From Eledone cirrhosa (lineage: Eukaryota), in contig OZ024743.1 in NCBI GenBank assembly GCA_964016885.1, forward strand, positions 273,668,001 through 273,732,000: a DNA stretch of 64,000 bases, read 5' to 3'. Shown piece by piece: positions 26,243-38,277 of this stretch (the stretch's first letter is position 1; every line of letters starts with the position of its first letter). The position numbers and the translations under genes are program-made. The notes under the pieces were generated by a model that was not told where the DNA came from, ran no database searches, and saw nothing but the letters and a program-made list of their open reading frames with translations.

Positions 26243-29200
26243 AGTTGCATTTATCTTGCTTTATGTTCATACTAGTTTTCACCAAGTCACAACCAGTGAC
26301 CTCAAGAGACAACAAGGTCCGCCATGTTCAAGAAAGAACATACATACTCTCACATGCATCTTTAGTGTTTAGACTTGTGATGTACTTATATTGACAGAAT
26401 CTTCCTTAGTATATGGGCAGTTCCCATTAGTACTATCTTTTGTATTTCTCCTATACGCGGGTTTCCTGGGATTTGCGATAAGTAATCATTAGACTCCTTA
26501 GGTATCATTCCCAGAGCGCCTACAACCACTGGTATTGTTTTAGTTCTCAATTTCCACATTTTTCCAATTTCTATCTCCAGGTCCTTATAATTGCTCAATT
26601 TTTCAAATGTTTTTATAGATACATTCTTGTCTATTGGAACGGACATGTCAATTAGCAGGCATACCCTCTTTTTAAAGTCCTTCAATATTATATCAGGTCT
26701 ATTTGCATCTATTTTTCGGTCTGTTTGGATGCTAAAGTTCCACAAGATTGAGATGTGATCTTTTTCAAGTATGGGAGGTGGTTGATGCTCCCACCAATTC
26801 TTTTGATGTGGCAGGTCAAAATGCTTACACATTATCCAATGTATGTATTGTGCAGCTCTGTCATGCCTGTTTAGGTATTCAGTTGGAGCTATAGGACTGC
26901 ACATTGAAATTATATGGTCAATGGTCTCTGGTTGTTTTTTGCATACACGGCATAATGGGCTGCATCCATTTTTTATTATGTTGGCTTGGTAATTTTTTGT
27001 TGGCAGACACTGATCTTGTGCTGATATAATCAGTCCTTCAGTCTCCGATTTCAGTCCAGAGGATGCCAACCACTGATGGGTTAAAGTGTTGTCAACATCA
27101 GGATTGTTAGCTCGTTCTGGGTATTTTCCATACAGAGGCTTTTCTTGCCATTTCTTAGCCAGTTTCTGTAGCAGTTCTCTCTTTGCAGTTACTTTTACCT
27201 GCTTTGCTTTTTCTGTGTTTTCCATTTCAGCAGTAAATGGGACTTTTGAAATTTGTAGTCCATTACTGTATCTTTGTGCATCTTTTGTAATGGAATATGA
27301 TCTTTTGATGATTTCGTGTTTCAAAACGAGTTTGATCATCCAATCATGTGATCCCCTTAGATATGTAGATAATCCAATTGTTGCAGTTTTCAACCCAATG
27401 TCTAACTGGATTAACCCACGTCCTCCTTCTTTCCTAGGGAGATATATTCTATCTATATCTGCCTTAGGGTGATGCATTCTATGCATGGTTAAGAATTTTC
27501 GAATTTTTGTATCGAGCCTACGGATCTCTGTGCTTGACCAGTTGATGACATTGTAACTGTAGGTTACTACTGGTATGGCAAGCGTGTTTATGGCATTGAT
27601 CCTATTCCTTGCATTCAATTCCGTTCTTAAGATTGCTCTTACTCTGCGGTAACATTCCTTCTTTATTCTTCCCCTCGTTTTCGAGTACTTGATTCCGTCT
27701 CCTTCAGAAAAACCTAGATATTTGTAAGGTTTTTCTTGATCAAGTTCTCTTATCACGTTCACCCGATCAATATTAATGTCTGAACTCTTCAGCAGCTTTC
27801 CTCTGGTGAACGTTGCTTTGGCGCATTTATCTAGTCCAAACTCCATTTTAATGTCATCACTGAATTGCTCCACAGTTGATAATAGCCCTTGCAATTGTTC
27901 ATCATTTTTTGCAAATAGTTTCAGGTCATCCATGTAGAACAAGTGATTAATGGTTTTGTCATAGACTTTATATCCATGTTTTGTTTCATTGAGCATTTTG
28001 CTCAATGGTATAAGCGCGATGCAGAATAAAAGCGGTGATAAAGAGTCACCCTGAACAATTCCACAATTAATATTAACTTCTCCAGCTTCCAGTGATTTTG
28101 TTTCACTATTCAAAAGGAGTGTCGTTTTCCATGTCTTCATACTGAATGACAAAAACCTCCTGACAACGGGGGATATTTTGAAAATCTCTAAACATTTATC
28201 AATTCAACTGTGTGGCAAACTATCGAATGCTTTTTTATAATCTATCCAAGCACTTGATAGATTTTTGTGTCTATTATGACAATCTTCCAGTATCATTTTG
28301 TTAACCAGAATCTGATCCTTACAGCCATATGAGCCTTGTTTACACCCTTTCTGCTCAATGGGAAATAGGTCATTTGTTATCAGGTGGTCATATGTGTATT
28401 CAGTTAGGACTGATGTTAACATTTTATACATTGTGGTCAAGCAAGTTATCGGTCTGTAATTTTTGGGATTGTTTGTCTCATCATTCTTCGGAAGCAGGAA
28501 TATAATGCCATTAACTAGCCATGATGGTATCTTTTCTGGCTCCTTAACTATTTCATTGAAAAGTTGGGCTAACAGCTCACGAGACTCTGTGAAGGCATTT
28601 ATCCAAAAATGTTGTATTTTGTCTTTTCCTGGGGATTTCCATTTGCTGGTTTTTCTTAGAGCTAAGCGCAACTTTTCAACTGTTATATTTTCCCATATTT
28701 GTTCCCCGAGGTGAGCTGTATCTTTCATTTGTCTGTCTATCCATGGGGCACGTATGTTATGAAATTTTTCTTCGGCCCAGATCTTTTACCAGAATTCTTG
28801 CACTTCCTCCTTGGGTGGTATTGATTTACCAGTTATTATTGACTTACCAATTTTTCTGTAGAAGTTTCTTTGGTTGTTTTTGAACATACTATTGTCCTTA
28901 TAGAATCAAGATCGTTTTTCAAAGCGCCTTATACGAGCAGCTTTGGCCGACACTTTTTGCTTGATTATTTCTACTATGTCACTTGTTTATTTTATACTGT
29001 ACTTTCTTTTCAATTTTCTAAGTTTAGTTTATTTAACATGTTCACCTACTTTATAGTTTGTTAAAATTTCTATGTCAGATCGGAGAAGGTTTATTTGGCG
29101 ATTGATGTTCTCTTGCCAAGTAGATTTCTTGTGGGAATTCTTTTGTTTTTTCATACCACATAAGTGAGTAGATTCTTTCATTTTCATCCATTCGATCATA

Positions 29201-30030
29201 ATTTAATCCTACAAGTTGGCAAGTTCATTCTCATTCATTTCTTTATCATTTACGATCTCATTATTTTCATTTGGAGTTTCATCTTGAGCATGCACTCCCT
29301 CCACTTTTTCGATCCTTTCTTTAATTTGTTCTGTTGTCAGTGATTCCGCCTCAACCCTGGGATTCGAAGTGTTACAATTTACCTTGTTTTCACTGACACA
29401 TGTTTCATTTTCCCTTCGCTGACTTTGTGCTAATAGCTTGATCTGATCAATTTCTATATCAGTTAGTAACTTTTTGTTTACAATATGTCTTCGTATATTG
29501 GCTAGTTTGTTACTGTCATTATAGTCTTTTTGGGGCGGGATGTTTCTTTTTCCAGTTGATATATGTTTGTTCTGTATTCGGTGTATTTGATGGGTAGTAC
29601 ATGGCAGTGTAGAAAGCCTCAAAGACTTCTTTATTATCTTCCCTTGTCCATTTCTCTCTCTTTTTCTTTGGATTTCTTGGTGGTGAGCATGGAGGGCCAA
29701 CAGTAGGAGTATTCCGGTTATGGGAGATCACCAGCTCCGAAGTGATGGGAAGGTTTGAACCATTAGCTGATTTTTCGACCCCAGTCTGGTTCCTCTCAGA
29801 GGGACGCGGCCCTTTTTTACCCGGTTGACGGCCGATCCGGTATGAGATTTTATCATTAGACATTTACTTTATTTTGTCGCGTTTTATCCTTATCCGCCAA
29901 GGGGTAATCATTTCGTGTTACCACTTCTAGAACGAGTGTCAACCAAGACTAGAGGGGTCGTTCTCCCCTAGAGACACGGCTATTCCCCGTCGGCCGCCAT
30001 CCCGGTATTTCTTGGTCACGGGGTTTTCTT
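26242..30030 (-). mobile_element. Near-full-length R4/Dong-clade element, family A (disrupted)
   Basis: 5' UTR ~29864-30025; N-terminal KWTRED Myb-like region; WKSPGKD, YRPITCL, WIDYKKAFDS; ~145 bp 3' UTR ending in (TAA)n; frameshifts and stops in the 5' half. Confidence 0.92.
26386..28152 (-). pseudogene. Open C-terminal half of the family A ORF (RT, CCHC, RLE)
   Basis: QGDSLSP, YMDD, CRVC...H...C, RHD, RPDIILKD...D...EKLSNY. Confidence 0.9.
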
Positions 30031-30104
30031 TTATGTTGTTTTTTTAAATTGTTATTATCATGAGTGGTTCCTTAATGTGAGCATTGCGTGGCTTAAGAAT
30101 GAAA

Positions 30105-30160
30105 TTATTAATAATTGTCGCAACTCCAGGCACAAGGCCAGCATTTACCCAGTGCATTAC
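30105..30160 (-). mobile_element. SINE 3' stub between elements A and B
   Basis: gtaatgcactgggtaaatgctggccttgtgcc matches the SINE tail. Confidence 0.7.
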
Positions 30161-33100
30161 AATAATATTATTATAATATTATTATCACCGTTGTTGTTAT
30201 TCCTTGAATCTCAGTCATTGATGTTGGTTAACTGGAAAGTCCGTTGGATTGAATATCAAGCCACTACCTGCAGCCTCAGATATTCAGGACGTATCGGAGG
30301 GTTCTTGCTGTTCCAAGCAAGCATGCCTTTTGAAGCGTTCCAAAAAGCGTGAAGGGGCCGATTTTCTTTAACCATCCCTGGAAACTTTTGGAGATAGTCC
30401 CCAGTGCGCCTATGACAATCGGGATCACTTTGACTTCATGGCAGTTCCAAATCCTTTTCTCCTCCCACTTTAGGTCCTGGTATCGGTTAATTTTCTCCCT
30501 CTCCTTCTCTTGCACTCTCGTGTCGAACGGGCAGGCCACATCCACAATCAGGCACGATCTTTTTTCTTTGTCCACAACCACCAGGTCAGGTCTATTGTGT
30601 TCCAGTTTTTTGTCCGTCTGTATCCTAAAATCCCACAGCACCTTCACCTGATTGTTCTCCATCACCGCCTCTGGCCTATGCTCATACCATTTCTCAGAAT
30701 GTGGTAAATTGTTTACTTTGCACAGGTGCCAGTGGATCACCCTGCCCATCACATCGTGTCTCCAGCCCTTATAGTGGGTCTGGGCTAGGTGTTTACACTC
30801 GGACACAATGTGAGCCACAGTCTCCTCTCTCTCTCCACAGATCCTGCACAGTGGGCTAGCCTCCTCCTTGTAGATATGGTGCTTCAACCACTTCGTTTTG
30901 AGGGCCTGCTCCTGCGCAGCCATTAGCATTCCTTCTGTAGCCTTTTTGAGGTCTCCACTTCTCAACCAGTTCCATGTCTGTGGATCTCTAAATTCAGTTT
31001 TCTCAAAGAAGGTACTATGAAGGGATTTTCCCTTAAGGCTGCTCTTTCTCCTTGTTATTATTTCCTCCTTGGACATCCCCTGGTCTATTGTCCTCTCCTT
31101 CAGTACAGCTCTGAGCATTGGCTCCTTACTATCAGTCACGTATGTGTATAGGTTGTTTTTCTCCATCTGAACACAGTCCTCTATGCTGATAAGACCTCTT
31201 CCACCCTCAGATCTCCTTAGGTAGAGTCTATCGACATCACTCCTCTTGTGGAACATGTTGTAGATAGTCAATAGCTTCCTAGTCTTCCTATCCATTTCTT
31301 TTTGTTCAGCAACATTCCATCTCAGAATTCCCGCACTGTACCTGATAATAGACACAGCTCGGGAATTTACTCCGCTTATGGCATTTCTGCTGTTCAGATG
31401 TGACTTCAATACGCTCCTTACTCTCCGAATGTATTCAGTTCTTAACAATTCCTTCATTTTTTTGTTCTTTATGCCATCAGCCTCCAGAACGCCCAAATAC
31501 TTGTATCCTTCCTCAGAGTTAATTTCCTTTATCATCTCACCTGTTGGTATCTGGATCCCGTTACTTCTGCTCAACCTACCCCTCTTCATCACAATGACTC
31601 CACATTTACCAATACCAAACTGCATACATATATCACTGCTGAAAATACGGACAGTGTCAACAAGCACATCCAACTCCTTCTCACTTTTCCCGAAGAGCTT
31701 AAGATCGTCCATGAAGAGGAGGTGATTGATGGTAAGCTCTCCCCTTCCCAACTTGTATCCTGCTCTCACTTTTTGCAGCATAATGGTCAAGGGCATCAGG
31801 GCAAGGACAAACAACAGAGGGGACAGGCTATCTCCCTGGAAGATACCTCTCTTGATCTTCACGCTTCCCAAGGATACTCCAGTTGATGTCAACTCTGTCT
31901 CCCAGGACCCCATACTCCTGCCCAGCAACTGTCTGATGTTATCTGCCACCCTGAAGATCTCCAGGCTTTTGGTGATCCAGGAATGAGGCACCATGTCAAA
32001 TGCCTTTCTGTAGTCTATCCATCCCATGGCAAGATCAGTGTGTCTCCTCCTGCAATTCCCCATTACCATCTTATCAATAAGCAACTGGTCCTTTGTACCA
32101 CGTGACTTCTTTCGGCATCCTTTCTGTTCGTCCGGCAACAAGTTGTTTGTGTGGAGGTGATGGTAGATTTCCTCAGACACAATGCTCGTCAACAGTTTCC
32201 ACATTACGGGCAGACATGTGATAGGTCTATAGTTGGTAACATCATTACCCTTGATTCGGTCTTTCATTATCAGAACTGTGGTACCTTTTGTCAACCACTC
32301 TGGCACCTCACCCGACACCAAGCAGTCATTGAACATGGCCGTCAGCTTCGGGTGGAGGGATGTTAAATGTTTAATCCAATACCCCTGCACACCATCTGGG
32401 CCTGGTGATTTCCAGTTGGTTAGTTTTTTGGCTTGCCCCTTAAGAGTTTCAACTGTGATACTTAAATCAGTTTGTTGCTGTGCCTGCTCACCGATCTCCC
32501 TCTGTACTGTCTCAATCCACCCTGCCTGGGCATTGTGTCTAACATCCTGCTCCCATATTCCTCTCCAGAATGTTTTAGCTTGTTCCGCCCCAGGGATCAA
32601 GTCGGTGCCTCTTTCTTTCCCCTCAAGCTGTCCAAACAGCATCTTCTGGTTGTTGTCGAACATGCGGTTCTGTTTATACTGACTGACTCTGTTCTCGTAT
32701 CGCCTGATTTTGGCACTCTTTGCTACAATGCGTTGCTTCAATTCCTCTATGATAATATTTAGCTTTTTACTCCTAGTTTTGTATTTTATTTCCAGTCTAT
32801 TTTTAGTGCCTATGTTTTTTAGTGTCCCATTCAGTAGTGACTCAAGCTTTCCTATGTCATTTCTCATTTCCCCGATTTGCCCACTCAGTCGCTTCTTCCA
32901 CCACGGCTCTGCTCTTTCTTGTCTGTTGTTTCCTCTCGCTTTTATACCAAGTAGTTTCCTCACCGTATTTGCTGTTGCTTTGAGGATATTGTTGCACTGG
33001 TGAAGACTCCTCGCCTCAAGGTATGGGATGACTTTGTTTACATTAGCTGTTGTTTCTTTTAACTTTTTCCTGTCTACAAATCTTAGGTTCATAGGTCTCC

Positions 33101-33850
33101 CACTATCATTGTTCAGCTCATCTACCACTAAATTTAGGATGTCAACCGAATCTTGTCCTAGCCCGTCAGCATTCATCTCCTCAGTGGCCGTATCTCTGTT
33201 CCAGGTATTATTTATCTCAGTATTCAGATCATTGTCTGCTTCGGGTGGTTCCTCCGCTCTCAGGACCTCCTCACCTTCATTTCCCGCCGGCTCGCTTGTC
33301 TGGCATACTACACCCGCCATCTCCAAGCCATTCTCTCTGCTCAGTTCCTCCAGTTCCAGCTCGCTTATCCACCCATTAGTTCTTATTACCCGAGCCTGCC
33401 CGGCCAATTTTTGTTCATCTAATTTAAATAAACCAATCTCGTTCCAGATGTTATGCATCCGTCTCCTGTAGCCCCTCTCCTTGGGGTTACTTTTCAGGTA
33501 GCATTGCATAACAGTTCTATTCAATTCTTTCGTCCAGTTGGTTCTGGCCCCTTTCCTTCTTCTTCTTCCTCCAACATCAGCAGTATTTCGTTGACAGTCA
33601 GGTTCCTGCTGCTGAGCCAGGGGGCACCTGTTGGGTGAGAGTCTGTCACATGACGTTCTAGTCTCCATTTCACCGTTATTCGAACTGTTTATGTTCGATA
33701 TTTAAACACTCTTATCGAGGATTGGCGAATGTATGTTTACATAGCCATCTGTGGATCCGCCATCCCACCTGGCCCTTGTGTGGCATTATCACCACGCTGT
33801 ATACGGACACACATAAACAAACAAACACACGGGCAGAAAGGGCCCCAAAA
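30161..33850 (-). mobile_element. Full-length R4/Dong-clade element, family B
   Basis: Single ORF, structured 5' UTR, ~80 bp 3' UTR followed by an AAT/AAC-rich tail; the 5' boundary is approximate. Confidence 0.9.
30276..33668 (-). CDS. RLE-type retrotransposon protein (Myb-like N-terminus, RT, CCHC knuckle, PD-(D/E)xK endonuclease), 1130 aa
   Basis: Uninterrupted ORF; WKSPGPDG, YRPITCL, WIDYRKAFD, GIFQGDSLSP, FMDD, YKYLG, CRIC...H...C, RHD, RPDLVVVD...D...EKINRY. Confidence 0.95.
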   Translation of the reverse strand: METRTSCDRLSPNRCPLAQQQEPDCQRNTADVGGRRRRKGARTNWTKELNRTVMQCYLKSNPKERGYRRRMHNIWNEIGLFKLDEQKLAGQARVIRTNGWISELELEELSRENGLEMAGVVCQTSEPAGNEGEEVLRAEEPPEADNDLNTEINNTWNRDTATEEMNADGLGQDSVDILNLVVDELNNDSGRPMNLRFVDRKKLKETTANVNKVIPYLEARSLHQCNNILKATANTVRKLLGIKARGNNRQERAEPWWKKRLSGQIGEMRNDIGKLESLLNGTLKNIGTKNRLEIKYKTRSKKLNIIIEELKQRIVAKSAKIRRYENRVSQYKQNRMFDNNQKMLFGQLEGKERGTDLIPGAEQAKTFWRGIWEQDVRHNAQAGWIETVQREIGEQAQQQTDLSITVETLKGQAKKLTNWKSPGPDGVQGYWIKHLTSLHPKLTAMFNDCLVSGEVPEWLTKGTTVLIMKDRIKGNDVTNYRPITCLPVMWKLLTSIVSEEIYHHLHTNNLLPDEQKGCRKKSRGTKDQLLIDKMVMGNCRRRHTDLAMGWIDYRKAFDMVPHSWITKSLEIFRVADNIRQLLGRSMGSWETELTSTGVSLGSVKIKRGIFQGDSLSPLLFVLALMPLTIMLQKVRAGYKLGRGELTINHLLFMDDLKLFGKSEKELDVLVDTVRIFSSDICMQFGIGKCGVIVMKRGRLSRSNGIQIPTGEMIKEINSEEGYKYLGVLEADGIKNKKMKELLRTEYIRRVRSVLKSHLNSRNAISGVNSRAVSIIRYSAGILRWNVAEQKEMDRKTRKLLTIYNMFHKRSDVDRLYLRRSEGGRGLISIEDCVQMEKNNLYTYVTDSKEPMLRAVLKERTIDQGMSKEEIITRRKSSLKGKSLHSTFFEKTEFRDPQTWNWLRSGDLKKATEGMLMAAQEQALKTKWLKHHIYKEEASPLCRICGEREETVAHIVSECKHLAQTHYKGWRHDVMGRVIHWHLCKVNNLPHSEKWYEHRPEAVMENNQVKVLWDFRIQTDKKLEHNRPDLVVVDKEKRSCLIVDVACPFDTRVQEKEREKINRYQDLKWEEKRIWNCHEVKVIPIVIGALGTISKSFQGWLKKIGPFTLFGTLQKACLLGTARTLRYVLNI

Positions 33851-34237
33851 ATGAATAAGCATAAGTTTCATTGTAATGTAGTATTCGAATGTCTGACTTA
33901 GTTTTTGTTTTTTAAGTTTTACTTTTTCCCCCCTCTTCTCTGTCCGTCCGCCTGCTTCTCTCTTCATTCTTATTTTCTTTACGTTTTTGGGGTTTCTTTT
34001 TTTGTTTTTGTTTTTCTCTGTTTTTCTCGTTTTTTACTGTTGTTGCTGTGCTGCTTTTGTTGTTTGTTTTTTCTTTTTTCTTTTGAGTCTATCTATATAT
34101 TTTGATGCCTTCCTCTTTGTTAGTAGTAGGAATTCTATAATGTGGAAGTGGTAGCCAGCAGAGACTAGCGGCGTTGGCGATACTGAGACAGTGGTGGCGG
34201 TGATGTCGATACCGAGGCAGTGGTGGCGGTGATGCGA

Positions 34238-34897
34238 CCGTATTACTGTAGTGATGGTGCTGTAGCGGTGGCAGCAGCAGTGAAGGAGTCAGGGGGTGGT
34301 GGCGGCGGTGATGGGATAGTGGTGGTAATGATGGCCGTAGTGAGCGGTGGCGGTGAAGGTGAAAATGCTGTTGTGTTTAGTGTACACAGATGATGGGGTG
34401 GGTGGTGTATCTAGTTTCTGGTGTTGGTGAGTTTCGCTGTCCTATATAGTGTAGCCAGAGGAGAGGAGGGGGGGGGGTTCTTCTTCTTCCATTTATAGCC
34501 ATTTTATTTTTTATTTTTTTTTTTTTTGGATATACAGTGTACAATACAAAGTTGAATATTTGAATATTTGAGCCGTATTACTGTAGTGATGGTGCTGTAG
34601 CGGTGGCAGCAGCAGTGAAGGAGTCAAGGGGTGGTGGCGGCGGTGATGGGATAGTGGTGGTAATGATGGCCGCAGTGAGCGGTGGCGGTGAAGGTGAAAA
34701 TGCTGTTGTGTTTAGTGTACACAGATGATGGGGTGGGCGGTGTATCTAGTTTCTGGTGTTGGTGAGTTTAGCTGTCCTATATAGTGTAGCCAGAGGAGAG
34801 GAGGGGGGGGGGGTTCTTCTTCTTCCATTTATAGCCATTTTTTTTTTTTGGATATACAGTGTACAATACAAAGTTGAATATTTGAATATTTGAGCCT
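34238..34897. repeat. Tandem duplication of a ~330 bp GGT/GGC-rich unit
   Basis: 34238-34572 is near-identical to 34573-34897. Confidence 0.92.
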
Positions 34898-35078
34898 TAT
34901 AACAATATATTTTGGGTCCGAATTTTTTGGGGCTCAAGCCGGGTGCTTTACGTAGCATTTGTACTAAGAGTTGTTATTTCACAAATGATTTAAATATGTT
35001 AAAAATTCAAAACTTACGGGAGCGATTTCATGACCTCCGTCACCTCGTGCGTCTTCTTCCCTTATTCTTATTCTTCCC

Positions 35079-35142
<64 letters not shown>
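35079..35142. repeat. (TTA)n microsatellite
   Basis: Direct reading. Confidence 0.97.
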
Positions 35143-35143
<1 letters not shown>

Positions 35144-35570
35144 TACTTCAATGGTGATGTAGATTGAAGATTATGAGATTGATGCTTTTAGTGTTATCGA
35201 TCGAATGACACTGTTAATATTATAGATATTACACTGTTATGGCGTGATTATTGTTCCAAATTTCGTGTTTTTCTCTCTTTATTACGTGCCGTTAATATTT
35301 CACCATTCACTGGCTATAATATCTTTATCGTCATCTGCTTTCTTGATATAAATAAATTACTTGAGTAATATGACAACATCTGACGATCGGCCCATCGTTT
35401 GGAGAGAAACCGATTTTAAACTAGCTACTGATTCGGAAATAGAAACGTTCAATATATAGGATCGTGGTATGATATCTAAATAGAGTACTGAAATGATATA
35501 TCATCATATCGTAGCATGTGATTAATTAGTAATTGATACTCTCAACCAAGGTTTCATGCTGTCTATTTCG

Positions 35571-35865
<295 letters not shown>

Positions 35866-36279
35866 TGCTGTATTCTGTTGCAAAACGATTTATTCTATGC
35901 TGATGAAGTTTTTGCCTCCTTGCAAATCGCAGAGCTAGTTCAAATCTAACCAGAAGTCTGTTTGGGGGATAAAATCAGGTATTAGAGTAAACTATTGATC
36001 AACTCTGTCGACAAGTAATCCATGAGAGAATACATATTAAGATTCCATTATTTCAATTGATGTCAGGTGTGAAGCATCTCATGTTTTGAAATCTGTTTTG
36101 TTTTATGGTGAGAAATTAAGAGTGGGAAGAGAAATAGAGTTGTGCTGTCACTTCAGATTATTGCGTAGCATAGTAATATACATACTCACATCCCCAGAAA
36201 CACATGCACACATACACACTCGTACTTTTTGGCGAGCTTGACGGATGATATCTTGTATAAACTGAGTAAGGTATTTTAT

Positions 36280-36700
36280 TACAAGCATGTCATATACTGA
36301 TATCAATGATCTTCATTTCATGGAGTAGCGGGATAAATCTAGATGAAATGCGGGGGCACAAGACTAAACCAGAGACTGCATCTCTGTCATCAAAATAAAA
36401 TCATCCAACGAGGTCAAACCTAAAAAAATATCGTCAGATCCGGGGGAAAAATCAAAGTGACTCCATCTGTTTACTTTAGATTATGCAGCGGAAGATCAAT
36501 GATTTACACATGAATAATATCATAGAATCTGATGCCCTCGTAATGCAGTTCGATGAAAGGAACGGAATCTATGTGCCTCACAAAATTAGCAGCTGATTTA
36601 AGACAAATATCTGGCTCATTACAGCTTATCTAAGGTTTCTTCGCAAAGAAGGGCATTTCGTTTATTTATGTGTCCCTTCTCTCCTGACATGTCTCTATCA
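36280..36700 (-). pseudogene. Possible very old mariner transposase remnant
   Basis: INKRNALLCEETLDKL resembles IN..YYC.TL.KL, with a downstream PDL-like remnant near 36440; weak. Confidence 0.25.
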
Positions 36701-37147
36701 GTCTTCGTTGAGAGACAAAAGAACATCATGCGGAGTGGACAGGCGAAGACGAGAGCCATTGCAGGAGGAGCATTTAAGAATGGAAGGTGTGGAAGGATAG
36801 CAAGGCTAAGTGTGTGTAAATACAAGGGTTCTACCTAAAAAATATTAGAAATCGAACCAACATCAAGTACGTATTTGTACAATGCCTAATGCTGGAGACG
36901 TTTCGACAGAGCAGGGACACATAGGCATAAATACACACACGCGGAAACACCCAAACACACACACACATATATATATATATATATTACGTGTTTAACAACA
37001 GTGCATGGGTGTGTGTCTGCGTAAAGAAGTGTGCGCTGTGATAACTCTAGTAAAACGTTATATATGTAAGTAAACCACAATACAGTTTACTATTATACAT
37101 TAAGTCGAATATGTATATCTCTTATAACCCATTTATACATAAGAACA

Positions 37148-37209
37148 TATACATACATACATACATACATACATACATACATACATACATACATACATAC
37201 ATACATACA

Positions 37210-37243
<34 letters not shown>

Positions 37244-37250
37244 CATACAT
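37148..37250. repeat. (ATAC)n microsatellite
   Basis: Direct reading. Confidence 0.97.
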
Positions 37251-37599
37251 AATGTTGAAATCAATAATAAACATGTAAATTTACGCAATATTAAGCGAAA
37301 ATACTTGGCATCTGTTTAGTGAATGAGCTTACAATGAATATTTACATGTAAATTTACATGTTTATTATTGATTTCAGCATTATTACCGCCGGTATTATCG
37401 ACTTTATTCATTTAATCGTTTACAAGTATCTGGGATTCGACTGCGGTCATGCTGAAGCACTGCATTAAAGAGATTTCCTCGATTATATTGACCACAGATC
37501 TTTTGATTTAACATGTTTAATCGATTTTTTGGGGGGAGGGTGGACCAGTAGGTTACAGTGTACACACACACATATATATGTATATATATATATATATTA

Positions 37600-38268
37600 T
37601 GTATTTTGCAATACACTGTATGCTTAATTAAAACCATTTTGAAGACCATACGCTATTGTTTTAAAATAGTGACAATGTCACTCATTTAAATCTTCAGCAA
37701 ACAGGGGAGATAAACTGACAGAGCTCTGTTTCGTACTTTTTGGTACTTATCAAAATTCAATACCCCTCCTGTTAACTGAAAATTATGTGTGTTGGATTCT
37801 TATAGAATTTCAGTAATAATCAGGAACTGATTATACAGAGCGGTCGCCGGTCCAGCAGAAATTGAAAATTAGAATTGGTGCTCTGAAATAGCGATATATA
37901 TATATATGAATGCATATATAGTGTATTTTGAAATACACTGTATGCTTAATTAAAAGCATTTTGAAGACCATACGCTATTGTTTTAAAATAGTGACAATGT
38001 CACTTATTTAAATCTTCAGCAAACAGGGTAGATAAAATGACAGAGCTCTGTTTGGTACTTTTTGGTACTTATCAAAGTTCACTACCCTTCCTGTTTGCTG
38101 AAAATTATGTGTGTTGGATTCTTATAGCATTCCAGTAATAATCAAGAACTGATTATACTCCCATGTTTGCTGAAAATTTAAATAAGCGTATGGTCTTCAA
38201 ATAAGCGTATGTTCTTCAAAATAGCGTATGGTCTTCAAAATGATTTTAATTAAGCATACAGTGTATTC
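37600..38268. repeat. Direct duplication plus inverted partial third copy
   Basis: ~37600-37837 matches ~37922-38158; 38221-38267 is the reverse complement of the unit start. Confidence 0.85.
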
Positions 38269-38277
38269 ATTTCAACA

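Noticed and set aside
29941-30023. Canonical HDV-like ribozyme call
   Set aside because: Lacks the +1 G, the pyrimidine L3 and the GG P1.1; kept only as an unclassified structure
21349-33638. Plus-strand ORFs overlapping the retroelements
   Set aside because: Antisense shadows of the minus-strand RT ORFs, with no independent motifs
34150-34760. Gly/Val-rich coding sequence
   Set aside because: Low-complexity GGT/GGC repeat with stops, duplicated in tandem
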